Positions 1 through 8,952 of a stretch of 34,174 nt of DNA are shown piece after piece (position 1 is the stretch's first letter; each line of letters starts with the position of its first letter). Below the pieces are notes generated by a model. It did not search any database. It was not told where the DNA came from and saw nothing but the letters and a program-made list of their open reading frames with translations. Location of the stretch: NCBI GenBank assembly GCA_038062315.1, contig JBBTXK010000066.1, positions 1 to 34,174 on the forward strand, written 5' to 3'. A program made the translations under genes and the position numbers. The stretch is from Patescibacteria group bacterium (lineage in GTDB: Bacteria > Patescibacteriota > Microgenomatia > Levybacterales > UBA12049).

Positions 1-2
1 AG

Positions 3-1652
3 ATAAAAATATTACTTGTAATAATTTTTATTATTGGCATACTACTTCGTTTTTACCGTCTAGGCGATGTGCCTCTCGGATTTCATAGAGATGAGGCGTT
101 TTTGGGATATAATGCTTATTCCATTCTTCTTACAGGAAAAGACATAAGCGGAAATTTTTTGCCTTTGCATTTTAAGTCTTTTCTTTACTCTCCTTCTGGC
201 TATTCATATTTATCAATACCTTTTATAAAACTTTTTGACCTTAGCCCTTTTTCTGTTCGTTTTGCCTCTGCCTTTTTTGGCAGTTTAACTATCTTGACTA
301 CATTTTTCCTCACAAAACAACTTTTTAAGGACATTAGATACAAAAATCATCTTTCGACTGCTAGCGCTCTTCTGTTATCTATCTCTCCTTGGCATATTAA
401 CCTTTCAAGAACGGCTACGGAAAATACGGTTGTAGTTTTCTTTATTACGCTGGCAGTTTTAATATATCTTCTCCATTTTTATAGTAATAAATGGTATCTA
501 TTGCCGTTATCTTTCTTTTGCTTTTTTATTACCCTTTTTATATATCAAGCTCCTCGAGTCTTTCTTCCTTTTTTCATTCCTTTATTAACAGTGCTTTTGA
601 ACACTAAAAGTAAGAGCACCATGTTTAAAATAATAATTTTTTTCATTGGTATACTTCTTCCTTTGTTTATCATATTTAGCTCAAAAGATTTATCTCTAAG
701 AATAAGAACAGTAAGCATTTTTGCAACTTCTGAGACACAGCTTCTGATCGATGAGCAGATTCGTACAGATGGAATTTCCAAGACAGGAGTTTTTCTTACG
801 CGACTTTTCCATAACAAGCTTAGTATGTATACACAACATTTTTTAGAGAATTACTTTTCCCATTTTTCTTATAACTTCTTATTTTCAGATAAATCTCTTC
901 CAGAGAGGTACCGTATTCCTCTTGTTGGGCTGCTATATCTTTTGGAGCTGCCTCTACTTGTTGTTGGGATTTTTAGGGTTGTGAAAGAAGACAGGAGGTC
1001 GTCCATTTTCTTACTTGGCTGGATTGTGATTGCTCCTGTGGGGAGCGCTTTAACTTTCGATGATGTCCCAAATATTCAAAGAACTCTTATTATCTTCCCA
1101 GCTCTTTCTATGCTCGAAGCTTTTGGGTTGATTCAAATACTGAACTTTTTAAAAAAGAATTATTGGCTAAAAATATTAGGTAGTTTCTTAACCATAGTTT
1201 TTGCCTACAACGTTTCCTTTTATCTCCACCAATATTATACGCATGCCGTAAGATACAGACCTTGGTATAGGCAGGATGGATATAAAAAGTTGGTTGAGGA
1301 AGTTAATAAATATTTGGTAAAATATAATAAGGTAATAGTTACCGATAGAGAATCTGCACCAACTATTTTTTTCTTGTTCTACTCGTTGTATCCACCCGAC
1401 CGTTTTCAACAGGAAACGAAGCGCACGAAAATGAAGGATTTTGACAGGATATTCTTTGGTAGATATGAATTTTCTCAGGAAGAATGCCCTCTAAGATTAA
1501 TTGAAAAAAATGGGCAATTGGCTTCGACAGGAGAAAAGGATGTATTATACGTAGACAGTGGCTTATGTAAAATTCCACACAATGCTAGGGTTTTTAGCAC
1601 TATTAAAAGATCAGATAACTCGTTGGCATTTTTTATATTAGCGCCGTTTTAG
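3..1652 (+). CDS. GT-C fold polytopic membrane glycosyltransferase, PMT/ArnT-like (type-A paralog); 5' end cut by window edge
   Basis: The frame stays open from nt 3 (IKILLVIIFIIGILLRFYRLGDVPLGFHRDEAFLGYNAYS), so GTG-69 of the ORF track is internal. It shares TM1, a loop-1 acidic DE motif, the ISPWHINLSR motif, many hydrophobic segments and a C-terminal soluble domain (YRQDGYKKLVEE..FFLFYSLYPPD..GRYEF) with the ORFs at 5041, 8953, 10670 and 12349. Confidence 0.8.
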   Translation: MKILLVIIFIIGILLRFYRLGDVPLGFHRDEAFLGYNAYSILLTGKDISGNFLPLHFKSFLYSPSGYSYLSIPFIKLFDLSPFSVRFASAFFGSLTILTTFFLTKQLFKDIRYKNHLSTASALLLSISPWHINLSRTATENTVVVFFITLAVLIYLLHFYSNKWYLLPLSFFCFFITLFIYQAPRVFLPFFIPLLTVLLNTKSKSTMFKIIIFFIGILLPLFIIFSSKDLSLRIRTVSIFATSETQLLIDEQIRTDGISKTGVFLTRLFHNKLSMYTQHFLENYFSHFSYNFLFSDKSLPERYRIPLVGLLYLLELPLLVVGIFRVVKEDRRSSIFLLGWIVIAPVGSALTFDDVPNIQRTLIIFPALSMLEAFGLIQILNFLKKNYWLKILGSFLTIVFAYNVSFYLHQYYTHAVRYRPWYRQDGYKKLVEEVNKYLVKYNKVIVTDRESAPTIFFLFYSLYPPDRFQQETKRTKMKDFDRIFFGRYEFSQEECPLRLIEKNGQLASTGEKDVLYVDSGLCKIPHNARVFSTIKRSDNSLAFFILAPF

Positions 1653-1668
1653 TTAAGAATTGTTTTTT

Positions 1669-3174
1669 ATGGGAAAAGTTAGCAAGATTCTCCTTAGATA
1701 TAGATTTGAGATAATTAGTTTGCTCTTTGCCTTTTTTTTGTTCTTTGGCCTTCGCCTTTATGGCTTAAAATTCCTTCCCATCTTTGTTGATGAGGCTATT
1801 TATGCCCGTTGGGCACAGCAAGGCCTATATGATCCGAGCCTTCGCTTAATCTCTTTGGTAGACGGCAAACAACCTCTTTATATTTGGTTAGTTAGTATTT
1901 TGACAAGCTACATATATAATCCTTTAGTTGCGGGAAGACTCGTGTCGATATTTGCGGGTTTTATAACGTTTGTTGGTCTTTTTTTACTTAGTTTCGAATT
2001 ATTCCGCAGTAGATGGGTTAGTATAATTTCTGTAGTCTTATACGTTCTTTACCCATTTGCCCTTATATTAAACAGGATGGCAATTTACGAGAGTCTCATC
2101 GGAATGTTTGCTGTTTGGAGCCTTTATGTTGCAATACGCCTTGTACGTTATACGAATCTGGGAATGTCTTTAATGCTGGGATTGGTTCTAGGGGGAAGTC
2201 TTCTTACAAAATCAAGTGGTTTTATAAATATTTACCTACTCCCCACAGTTCTGTTATTGTTTAATTTTAAAAAAAGAAAGCTTCAAGCACTTCTCAGGTG
2301 TCTTTTTCTTGCATTATTAGCGATAATTCTTTCCTTTCTTTATTATTCAGTTTTAGCGCTTTCCAATAAATATTATATGATTTCCGAGAAAGACGCTTAT
2401 TTTATTTACCATCTTGCAGAGCTCGTCCCCTATCAGGCTTTTGATAAATGGATAGGAAACATTTTAGAACTTTCCCATTGGACATTTATCTATCTTACTT
2501 ATCCAGTAGGACTTATTCTTTTTTTAAATCTTAGAAAAAGCAGAAAAGAAAAATTTTTACTGCTTTTTTGGTTTGTAATTCCAATTATTGGCATAGCGCT
2601 GTTTGGGCGCCTGCTTAGCCCGCGGTATATATTTCCAATGACACTTTTCTTACTGCCAATAATTGCCGTTAACCTTAAAGACTTATATTTCTTTTTGAAA
2701 AGCAAAATAGTTTATAGTTTGATTGTTATTGTGGGCGTTAGTTTTTTAGCATTTAGTGACTACAAAATTCTCACCGACCTATCCCATGCTCCGATTCCGC
2801 AGAAAGACATACAGCAATATGCTAATAGTTTTTCTTCAGGGCAGGGGTTAAGGGAAATAATCACTTATCTTGCGGGTGAAGCAGAAAAACAACAAATAAT
2901 TATAGCATCAGAAGGCATTTATGGTAGTTTGCCTACAACTGTTGTTGAAATCTACTTTGTGCATAATACCCAAGTAGAAAGATATCCGTTTAATATTCGA
3001 CCGAAAAGACTGCCCGCAGATCTTTACAAGAAAGCAAAAAGAAAGCCTGTGTACGTTATTTTTAACGAAACTCAGTCGGTTTACAACTGGCCACTGGAGT
3101 TGGTAATGCAGTTTGGGAGAGGGTCAAGCAATCTAAACCTTAGCTTATATAGAGTTCATTCTCGTATAGATTGA
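1669..3174 (+). CDS. GT-C fold polytopic membrane glycosyltransferase, ArnT/PMT_2-like
   Basis: ATG 1669 is preferred over the in-frame TTG 1660 of the ORF track. Multi-TM protein with loop-1 motif FVDEAIYARWAQ, DGKQPLYIWL (KPPL-like) and a soluble C-terminal part. Its 3' end overlaps the convergent gene by 19 nt. Confidence 0.75.
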   Translation: MGKVSKILLRYRFEIISLLFAFFLFFGLRLYGLKFLPIFVDEAIYARWAQQGLYDPSLRLISLVDGKQPLYIWLVSILTSYIYNPLVAGRLVSIFAGFITFVGLFLLSFELFRSRWVSIISVVLYVLYPFALILNRMAIYESLIGMFAVWSLYVAIRLVRYTNLGMSLMLGLVLGGSLLTKSSGFINIYLLPTVLLLFNFKKRKLQALLRCLFLALLAIILSFLYYSVLALSNKYYMISEKDAYFIYHLAELVPYQAFDKWIGNILELSHWTFIYLTYPVGLILFLNLRKSRKEKFLLLFWFVIPIIGIALFGRLLSPRYIFPMTLFLLPIIAVNLKDLYFFLKSKIVYSLIVIVGVSFLAFSDYKILTDLSHAPIPQKDIQQYANSFSSGQGLREIITYLAGEAEKQQIIIASEGIYGSLPTTVVEIYFVHNTQVERYPFNIRPKRLPADLYKKAKRKPVYVIFNETQSVYNWPLELVMQFGRGSSNLNLSLYRVHSRID

Positions 3175-4979
3175 GTAATTTGATCCATGAGTTTTCTTGC
3201 TTCCAAGGAATTTTTCGTGCGGTACTGAGGGAAAAGATAGTAGTTGCGCAGCTTAACTAAATACGAATCGTTTTTTATGATAGCGGGGATTTTTTCTATT
3301 GGGATTACCGAAAGCGAGAAAATATAAGGACCGTTTTTTATTTTTATTTCTTGCTTACTAACATTTTCCTTTAAATTCCAGTCAGAAGGGTACTCGAGGA
3401 AAAATCCAAAAGTACTGCGGTACAATCTTTTTTTATTGTTTGTCAGATATTTTCTGTATGTCTCTTCATAGATATCTCCATATTCAGGGAATTTTTTATA
3501 CTTATTTCGTAAAAAAGAGACAGTAGATTTGGTTATCGGAGAAGACGTGTAATATGCAATCAATGCGTTTTGGATACGGGGATCTTGCGGATTTTCGTGT
3601 AAATTTTTTTCCAATAACGGAAGATCTTTTCTTATTTGATCAAATTTATATATCATTTTTGCAACTGGCAAATCTCCGTGAATAAGATATTTCGGTACAT
3701 AGTTTGTCAAGGTAACTTCTTCGTACTCTTTGCTGTTTTTGTACTTTGCGAACATTTTCTGATCGCCTTTTCTTGTAACAGCATATATGGTTCCATAATC
3801 TCCCTTTATTGTTTTTTGAGTTTTTACTACCTCAAAAAAAGCGTAGTTAAAAGTTATTGATATTATTATAAGCAGTAAGAAAATGAAAGAAAAAAAGTGC
3901 CGTACAGTTTGAATTTTATTTGTAAGATAAATAGAAAAAGAAAAGCCCAAAAAGAGAAATAACAACGGCATAAGAAGAATAAAATAATGCATGAATGGCT
4001 CGAAGCGAAGAACAAAATATAAAAGCGGTAAAGATAGAGCTGCGTATACTAAAAAACGGACTTTTCTCTCTTTTCTCCAAAATAAAAAAAGACCAAGAGG
4101 AATAAGTATGTATTCAATATATAAACCGACTCGCAAATAGTAAATCAACGGAAAATTTTTAGCAAATGTGAGCATATCGTCGCCCAAAACAAAATTAAAG
4201 TTCCCCTGGCTGAGAATTTGTAACGGTCTCGTAAATATTACAAGCGAGTATTGAGGGGATAATCGTTCGTTAATACCAAGGATAACTGCGCAGTCTGGAC
4301 AACCAGTAGTAGCCTCATAGAGAAAATAGGGAATAATTGGCAAAATTCCTATTAGGAAACCAATTGTCATATATTTTATGCTCATAATAATTTTCTGTCG
4401 GAATAAAAATAATGCAAGAAGAAATAAGAACAATATGCTAGACTGATGCATCTGTATGAGAAAAAGTGAACCCACAATACAGGGTACCCAGTAGGATATC
4501 TTTTTCTCAAAAATAATTTTATGTAGGCTGTATAAAACTAGAATGAAAAAGGGAATTAGTATATCTTGGGACCATATCTTGCGAGAAAAAAGAATTGCCC
4601 AAGGAGAGAAGGCAAAAAGAAGCGATGCAGAAAATGCTGTGAGAAAATTATAGTAGCGCTTTATTAACAGATAAAACAAGCCAATTGCGAAGGAATTAAT
4701 CAGTGCAATGCTTAGGGAAATCAGTTTGGGGTCTCTTGTTACAAAAATAAAAGGAAATAATATGTAGTTAAAAAGTGGCGGGTTTAAGATACCAACACTA
4801 GATGCAGTTCCTCCAGGGGGAAATCCATAACCGAAAAAAGGCCGCGATGCCAAGAAAAGATTAATTGCCTCATCTGCTTTAAATTCTATTAAATCAAGAT
4901 TTGTTACGCGAAAAAGGGCGGCACAAAAGATGATAAATAAAAAAATAAAGTTAGAGCGTAATAATCTTTTGAAAAACAT
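3156..4979 (-). CDS. GT-C fold polytopic membrane glycosyltransferase, PMT_2-like, with about 220-aa soluble C-terminal domain
   Basis: ATG at 4979 (minus strand). N-terminal TM followed by acidic loop motif EFKADEAINLF and GILNPPLFNY, then many hydrophobic segments and a hydrophilic C-terminal third. Confidence 0.75.
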   Translation of the reverse strand: MFFKRLLRSNFIFLFIIFCAALFRVTNLDLIEFKADEAINLFLASRPFFGYGFPPGGTASSVGILNPPLFNYILFPFIFVTRDPKLISLSIALINSFAIGLFYLLIKRYYNFLTAFSASLLFAFSPWAILFSRKIWSQDILIPFFILVLYSLHKIIFEKKISYWVPCIVGSLFLIQMHQSSILFLFLLALFLFRQKIIMSIKYMTIGFLIGILPIIPYFLYEATTGCPDCAVILGINERLSPQYSLVIFTRPLQILSQGNFNFVLGDDMLTFAKNFPLIYYLRVGLYIEYILIPLGLFLFWRKERKVRFLVYAALSLPLLYFVLRFEPFMHYFILLMPLLFLFLGFSFSIYLTNKIQTVRHFFSFIFLLLIIISITFNYAFFEVVKTQKTIKGDYGTIYAVTRKGDQKMFAKYKNSKEYEEVTLTNYVPKYLIHGDLPVAKMIYKFDQIRKDLPLLEKNLHENPQDPRIQNALIAYYTSSPITKSTVSFLRNKYKKFPEYGDIYEETYRKYLTNNKKRLYRSTFGFFLEYPSDWNLKENVSKQEIKIKNGPYIFSLSVIPIEKIPAIIKNDSYLVKLRNYYLFPQYRTKNSLEARKLMDQITQSIRE

Positions 4980-5008
4980 AACTTAAGACTAATTTTGTGC
5001 TTGAGATA

Positions 5009-5017
5009 TGGTATCAT
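5009..5017 (+). promoter_or_regulatory. candidate extended -10 element (TGGTATCAT) in the divergent 61-bp intergenic region
   Basis: 4980-5040 separates divergent genes. TGGTATCAT lies 23 nt before ATG 5041, and the same near-palindrome reads TATGAT on the minus strand. Confidence 0.25.
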
Positions 5018-5040
5018 AAGAATAAATAAATTGCCAAAGA

Positions 5041-6675
5041 ATGGAAAAGAAGTATTTATTGCTTTTAATTATCGTTATACTTGCTGCAATTTTGCGGTTT
5101 TGGCAGTTGGGGATTATTCCAACTGGTGTAACTCACGACGAACTGGGATACATTTACAATTCATACTCAATTGCAAAAACAGGAAGAAATGTATTCGGCG
5201 AGTTTCTACCCTTTCTTACATGGATGAATCAAGGAGGGTGGCCTTTTCTTCCGGTCCCAATTTATTTTTCTATTCCATTTTTTTGGTTGTTTGATTTATC
5301 GGCAACTGTAGGGAGATTGCCTTCTGCCATTCTTGGAGTGGCAGATGTTTTGTTGATTTATATATTAATAAAACAAATTTTTAATAAAACATCTCTTGCT
5401 TTATTGTCTGCTTTTTTTCTCGCTATTTCTCCTTGGCACCTGCATTTTAGTAGATCTGCTTATGATCCAAACTTCGCACTATTTTTTTATCTGCTTGGGA
5501 CTGTGATTTTCATATCGGAAATAAAGTCGAAAAGAATGCCTATTTTTTCAGCAGTATTTTTTTGGCTTGCAATTTTTAGCTATCGAGCTATGAATATCAT
5601 CTTTTTTCCTCTTGTTATTATTTTGATCTGGTACGGGATTGTTGCTCTTAAAGCAAAATATAAACAATTAATCATATTGCTTCTTGGGGTTTTTGTTGTG
5701 GTTGTCTCCTTGGTATTTGCGATTACTACAAATGGGAAAAGGTACATATCAGAAGCGTCGATTGTTAATCAAGCTAAAATGCAGGAGGAACTTGACAATC
5801 AAATTCGTGATGCGCAGGGGCCTCTTTTCCTTCGCCGGATATTTCTCAATAAGCCAGTTTACATAGTAAGTAAGCTTAGAGAAAATTATGTAAAAGCGTA
5901 TTCGCCAGAGTTCCTTTTCCTTTATACGGATCCAAGTAAAATATACTCTATTTGGTCAAGAGGAAGAATTTATTTTATAGATATAATTTTTATTGTTTTG
6001 GGAACTGTGTATTTGTATGCTATCAATAAAAAGGGAGCTTTTTTTATAACATCGCTTTTGCTTATTGGTGGCTTGCCCGGAATGATTGGCGGTACGCCGT
6101 ATTCGGCCCGAAACTTATTGCTATCTGCTGTTTTCCCAGTTTTTTCAGCGGGAGGCGTCTTTTTTTTACTGAATAACCCTTTTTTAATAAAATTCAAAAC
6201 TATAATTATTGCTACAGTTATTTTGACTTATGTTTATTTGTTGGGAAGTTATTTATTCGACTATTATGGTAGATATGCATTGTATGGCGGGGAGGCATGG
6301 GTAAAAAGCCTTAAAGATCTAAGTCTATTAATTACGGAAAATAAAAAGACGCACGATAAAATTATTGTAGGACAAACTTCATTTGGCGATCTAATTCAGT
6401 ATGCATTTTATACCAAGATTAAGCCATCTGATGTACAGAATGCTTGGCAGAAGAGACAGGCAGATATAGGTGAATCATTCTCGATAGATAACGTAATTTT
6501 TACGACACGATGTTTGGATAATAAGACCGGTGGCTTGCCGGCACTTAGGGAATATAAGTCAGTTTTGTATGTTGTGCGCGACGATTGCGCCAAAATGGCA
6601 ACGCCAAGCGCTTTAATTAAAGATTATCCTGGGAATACAATATGGAAAATCTATAATATTGGACATTTATTATGA
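5041..6675 (+). CDS. GT-C fold polytopic membrane glycosyltransferase, PMT/ArnT-like (type-A paralog)
   Basis: LAAILRFWQLG TM1, loop-1 THDELGYIYNSYS (DE motif) and ISPWHLHFSRSAYDPN. The C-terminal soluble domain (HDKIIVGQ..YAFYTKIKPSD) aligns with the other type-A paralogs. Confidence 0.8.
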   Translation: MEKKYLLLLIIVILAAILRFWQLGIIPTGVTHDELGYIYNSYSIAKTGRNVFGEFLPFLTWMNQGGWPFLPVPIYFSIPFFWLFDLSATVGRLPSAILGVADVLLIYILIKQIFNKTSLALLSAFFLAISPWHLHFSRSAYDPNFALFFYLLGTVIFISEIKSKRMPIFSAVFFWLAIFSYRAMNIIFFPLVIILIWYGIVALKAKYKQLIILLLGVFVVVVSLVFAITTNGKRYISEASIVNQAKMQEELDNQIRDAQGPLFLRRIFLNKPVYIVSKLRENYVKAYSPEFLFLYTDPSKIYSIWSRGRIYFIDIIFIVLGTVYLYAINKKGAFFITSLLLIGGLPGMIGGTPYSARNLLLSAVFPVFSAGGVFFLLNNPFLIKFKTIIIATVILTYVYLLGSYLFDYYGRYALYGGEAWVKSLKDLSLLITENKKTHDKIIVGQTSFGDLIQYAFYTKIKPSDVQNAWQKRQADIGESFSIDNVIFTTRCLDNKTGGLPALREYKSVLYVVRDDCAKMATPSALIKDYPGNTIWKIYNIGHLL

Positions 6676-7337
6676 ACAGAAAGTCAATATCGAATTTAGA
6701 AAAAGAGTTGGTGGAAATTTGGCACCAAGTTCCACCCGATTACTATCAAAAGGGAGTATCAAAAAATTTACTTCAGCGAATCTGGCATACGCAGAAATTG
6801 AAAACAGCTCTAGAACTTATTGAAAATAATGGGGTAAAACCAAAAAATATTCTTGATGTTGGTTGTGCCAGCGGTTGGATGTTATCCAAAATTTCAGAGC
6901 AATACCCCAAGGCGCAATGTGTAGGGATAGATGTGTATAAAAGAGCCATAGAGTATGGACAAAAACTTTATAAAAACTTAAGGCTTATTTCTGTAGATGC
7001 TCATAAGTTGCCATTCAAGGATAAATTCTTTGATCTTGTAATTTGTACAGAATTGCTAGAACATGTAGAAAATCCGCAAAAAGTATTGTCAGAAATTAAA
7101 AGAACTCTTGCGCCAAATGGAATAGCAGTTGTTGAGATGGATTCAGGAAATTTTTTGTTTCGAATGGTTTGGTATTGGTGGACTAATGTGAGACATGGGG
7201 TGTGGAGAGATTCCCACATTCACACTTTCAATACAAAAATTCTAGAAAACATGATTGCGGACTCCGGTTTTGTTATTACGCAAAAAAAGATATTTAATGT
7301 TACTATGGCGGTTGCATTTCTTCTCAGAAAAAAATGA
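6672..7337 (+). CDS. class I SAM-dependent methyltransferase (Methyltransf_11-like)
   Basis: Motif I ILDVGCASGWML, acidic motif II GIDVY, then HKLPFKDKFFDLVICTELLEHVENPQKVLSEIKRTLAPNGIAVV. ATGA start/stop overlaps at both ends (6672-6675, 7334-7337). Confidence 0.8.
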   Translation: MNRKSISNLEKELVEIWHQVPPDYYQKGVSKNLLQRIWHTQKLKTALELIENNGVKPKNILDVGCASGWMLSKISEQYPKAQCVGIDVYKRAIEYGQKLYKNLRLISVDAHKLPFKDKFFDLVICTELLEHVENPQKVLSEIKRTLAPNGIAVVEMDSGNFLFRMVWYWWTNVRHGVWRDSHIHTFNTKILENMIADSGFVITQKKIFNVTMAVAFLLRKK

Positions 7338-8926
7338 AAAAAATAATCAAAAGGGTAAATGTTAATCTAGTAGGTCGGTTTTTACCTCTTTTGCTTATCC
7401 TCCCAATTTACATAATTCTCTACAAGATCTATGCGCCGAAAGTGAACGCCTTTGGCTGTTTTGATGACTGTTTCAATATCGTTGCCGGTTATTTTATCGT
7501 GAGTGGCAAGAAATTGTATTCAGAAATTTTTTTCAATCACCAGCCTCTTATGGCGTATTTAAGTTTTATTATCCAGAAAATTTATAGCCCTATCAATATA
7601 TACGAACTTGTGCTTGTTCATAGACAGAGTCTTATGGCGTTTAGTTTTATTATGAACGCACTTATGGTTTTGAGGTTTGGTCTGCCAATGTTGGGCTTTG
7701 TTTTTCTTTACGAATTCAGCAAGTTTTATGTATTTGGAGACAGATTTCTTGCAGAAGGGGTAGTCGTATACCCACTTGTATATATGGTATGTTTGGTGTG
7801 GCAGAAATATACAAGTAAAAGACTGCATTGGTACGACTATATGCTTAGTGTATTGTTTGCGTGGTTTGTTATGTTTATGAGAGAGCCATATATTATTATT
7901 TCATTTTTTCTATTTTTTTTAATATTTTTTGGAAAACCTTTTTCTTATTTTAAAAAGATAGCATTGGGCTTATTCATTTTATTGGTCATTTTTTTTCTGG
8001 CATTTCTTCCTATTCCTGATTATTTCTTTAACGTAGTGACTGTGAATGGTCAAATTCTTCGTTCCGAAGGAGTGGAAAATAATTTGTTGGGGCAAGGCGC
8101 AGTAAAGCTATTTATCTATCCTATTCTTATTCTTTTTGGAGGAGAATGGAATATATTCAGATATTTTCTTGTGGGGCTTGATCTAATATTTTTGATATCG
8201 TTTTTATTTCTTTTGAAGATAGAAAGAAACAGACGAATTCTTGTTATGCTCTTTTTGATACTAGGCCTGGCAAATATCCGCATAGTTCCTCCAGGGAAAA
8301 TTTTTTATGCAGCATTTCACATGATAGTATGGTACGGTTTATTTATTGCCACAGTCACTTTGTTACTACGGGAACTTTTTTTATATAAGAAAAAAATAGC
8401 ATCCTTACTCTTAATTATTCTTATAATCTTATTTATCTATATTGTTGGTTCTCCAAAGTCGTTTGTTCGCGAAAGGGTTGACCCTCATTATGAATTCATA
8501 ACTAATTATGGAAAAGAATTGCAGGTAGGGGAAGTAGTGAGGCTGTTATCAAAACCTACAGACACCCTATATTTGGATGGTGCAGACGATCTTATTTATT
8601 GGCAAGCTAAACGTTTGTCTCCATATAAATATTCTTGGTATACTTCAGGAATGCCTAGATTTTCTCGTTATAGGCAGGCAAGGCTTGACATGTTTGCAAC
8701 TTCGCCGCCTGATTTTTATTACCGTTTTTGTACAAAGGAAATAGTGCCTGATTATTTTTTGCCCAAAGCTTACGAAAATGATTATCAAAATATACATTCT
8801 GCCGGAAAATCCACATGCCTGTATGTTAAGAAATCAAAATTAGAAAATATTCAGGAAGAAAGATGGAAAAAAGCAAAAGAATTTTTTTACGAACTGCCTA
8901 ACAATGCAAAAATTAAGTACCGTTAG
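7334..8926 (+). CDS. polytopic membrane protein, family not recognised (candidate GT-C)
   Basis: 530-aa ORF translationally coupled to the methyltransferase. N-terminal TM, then CFDDCFNIVAGYF and FFNHQPLMAYL (weakly DxD / PPL-like), many hydrophobic segments, and a soluble C-terminal domain (YLDGADDLIYWQAKRLSPYKYSWY). Confidence 0.55.
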   Translation: MKKIIKRVNVNLVGRFLPLLLILPIYIILYKIYAPKVNAFGCFDDCFNIVAGYFIVSGKKLYSEIFFNHQPLMAYLSFIIQKIYSPINIYELVLVHRQSLMAFSFIMNALMVLRFGLPMLGFVFLYEFSKFYVFGDRFLAEGVVVYPLVYMVCLVWQKYTSKRLHWYDYMLSVLFAWFVMFMREPYIIISFFLFFLIFFGKPFSYFKKIALGLFILLVIFFLAFLPIPDYFFNVVTVNGQILRSEGVENNLLGQGAVKLFIYPILILFGGEWNIFRYFLVGLDLIFLISFLFLLKIERNRRILVMLFLILGLANIRIVPPGKIFYAAFHMIVWYGLFIATVTLLLRELFLYKKKIASLLLIILIILFIYIVGSPKSFVRERVDPHYEFITNYGKELQVGEVVRLLSKPTDTLYLDGADDLIYWQAKRLSPYKYSWYTSGMPRFSRYRQARLDMFATSPPDFYYRFCTKEIVPDYFLPKAYENDYQNIHSAGKSTCLYVKKSKLENIQEERWKKAKEFFYELPNNAKIKYR

Positions 8927-8952
8927 GATATAATAAGTACCATCACTGAGTC

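Noticed and set aside
545-817. Short ORFs (60-107 aa) antisense to, or out of frame with, long genes. From the ORF track: 545-817, 1188-1409, 1363-1578, 2499-2705, 3636-3860, 4995-5294, 5684-5866, 5970-6197, 6408-6593, 7001-7219, 7559-7828, 9885-10127, 13772-14020, 15342-15545, 16227-16445, 17335-17541, 17554-17778, 19974-20189, 20089-20298, 21555-21758, 21795-22118, 23072-23311, 25857-26081, 28189-28374, 28371-28556, 29261-29455, 29556-29771, 29569-29778, 29863-30144, 32962-33249.
   Set aside because: Each lies entirely within a much longer ORF that has clear family motifs. Their translations are low-complexity with no recognisable motif. Such shadow ORFs are expected in this kind of sequence.
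3156-3174. The 19-nt overlap of the 3' ends of convergent genes 1669-3174 and 3156-4979.
   Set aside because: Short convergent overlaps occur in compact genomes, and nothing else in the sequence suggests an antisense regulatory arrangement. It is noted for completeness only.
6527-6543. CCGGTGGCTTGCCGGCA in the 5041 gene resembles the CTTTGCCGGCAGG core of element E1.
   Set aside because: The match is only about 10 nt, there are no adjacent heptamers, and I cannot show that this segment is an insertion relative to the paralogs.
6672-6675. Possible alternative genetic code (TGA recoded, as in some CPR lineages).
   Set aside because: TGA terminates ORFs exactly at six ATGA start/stop junctions and at other gene ends. 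Family-typical protein lengths are obtained with the standard code.
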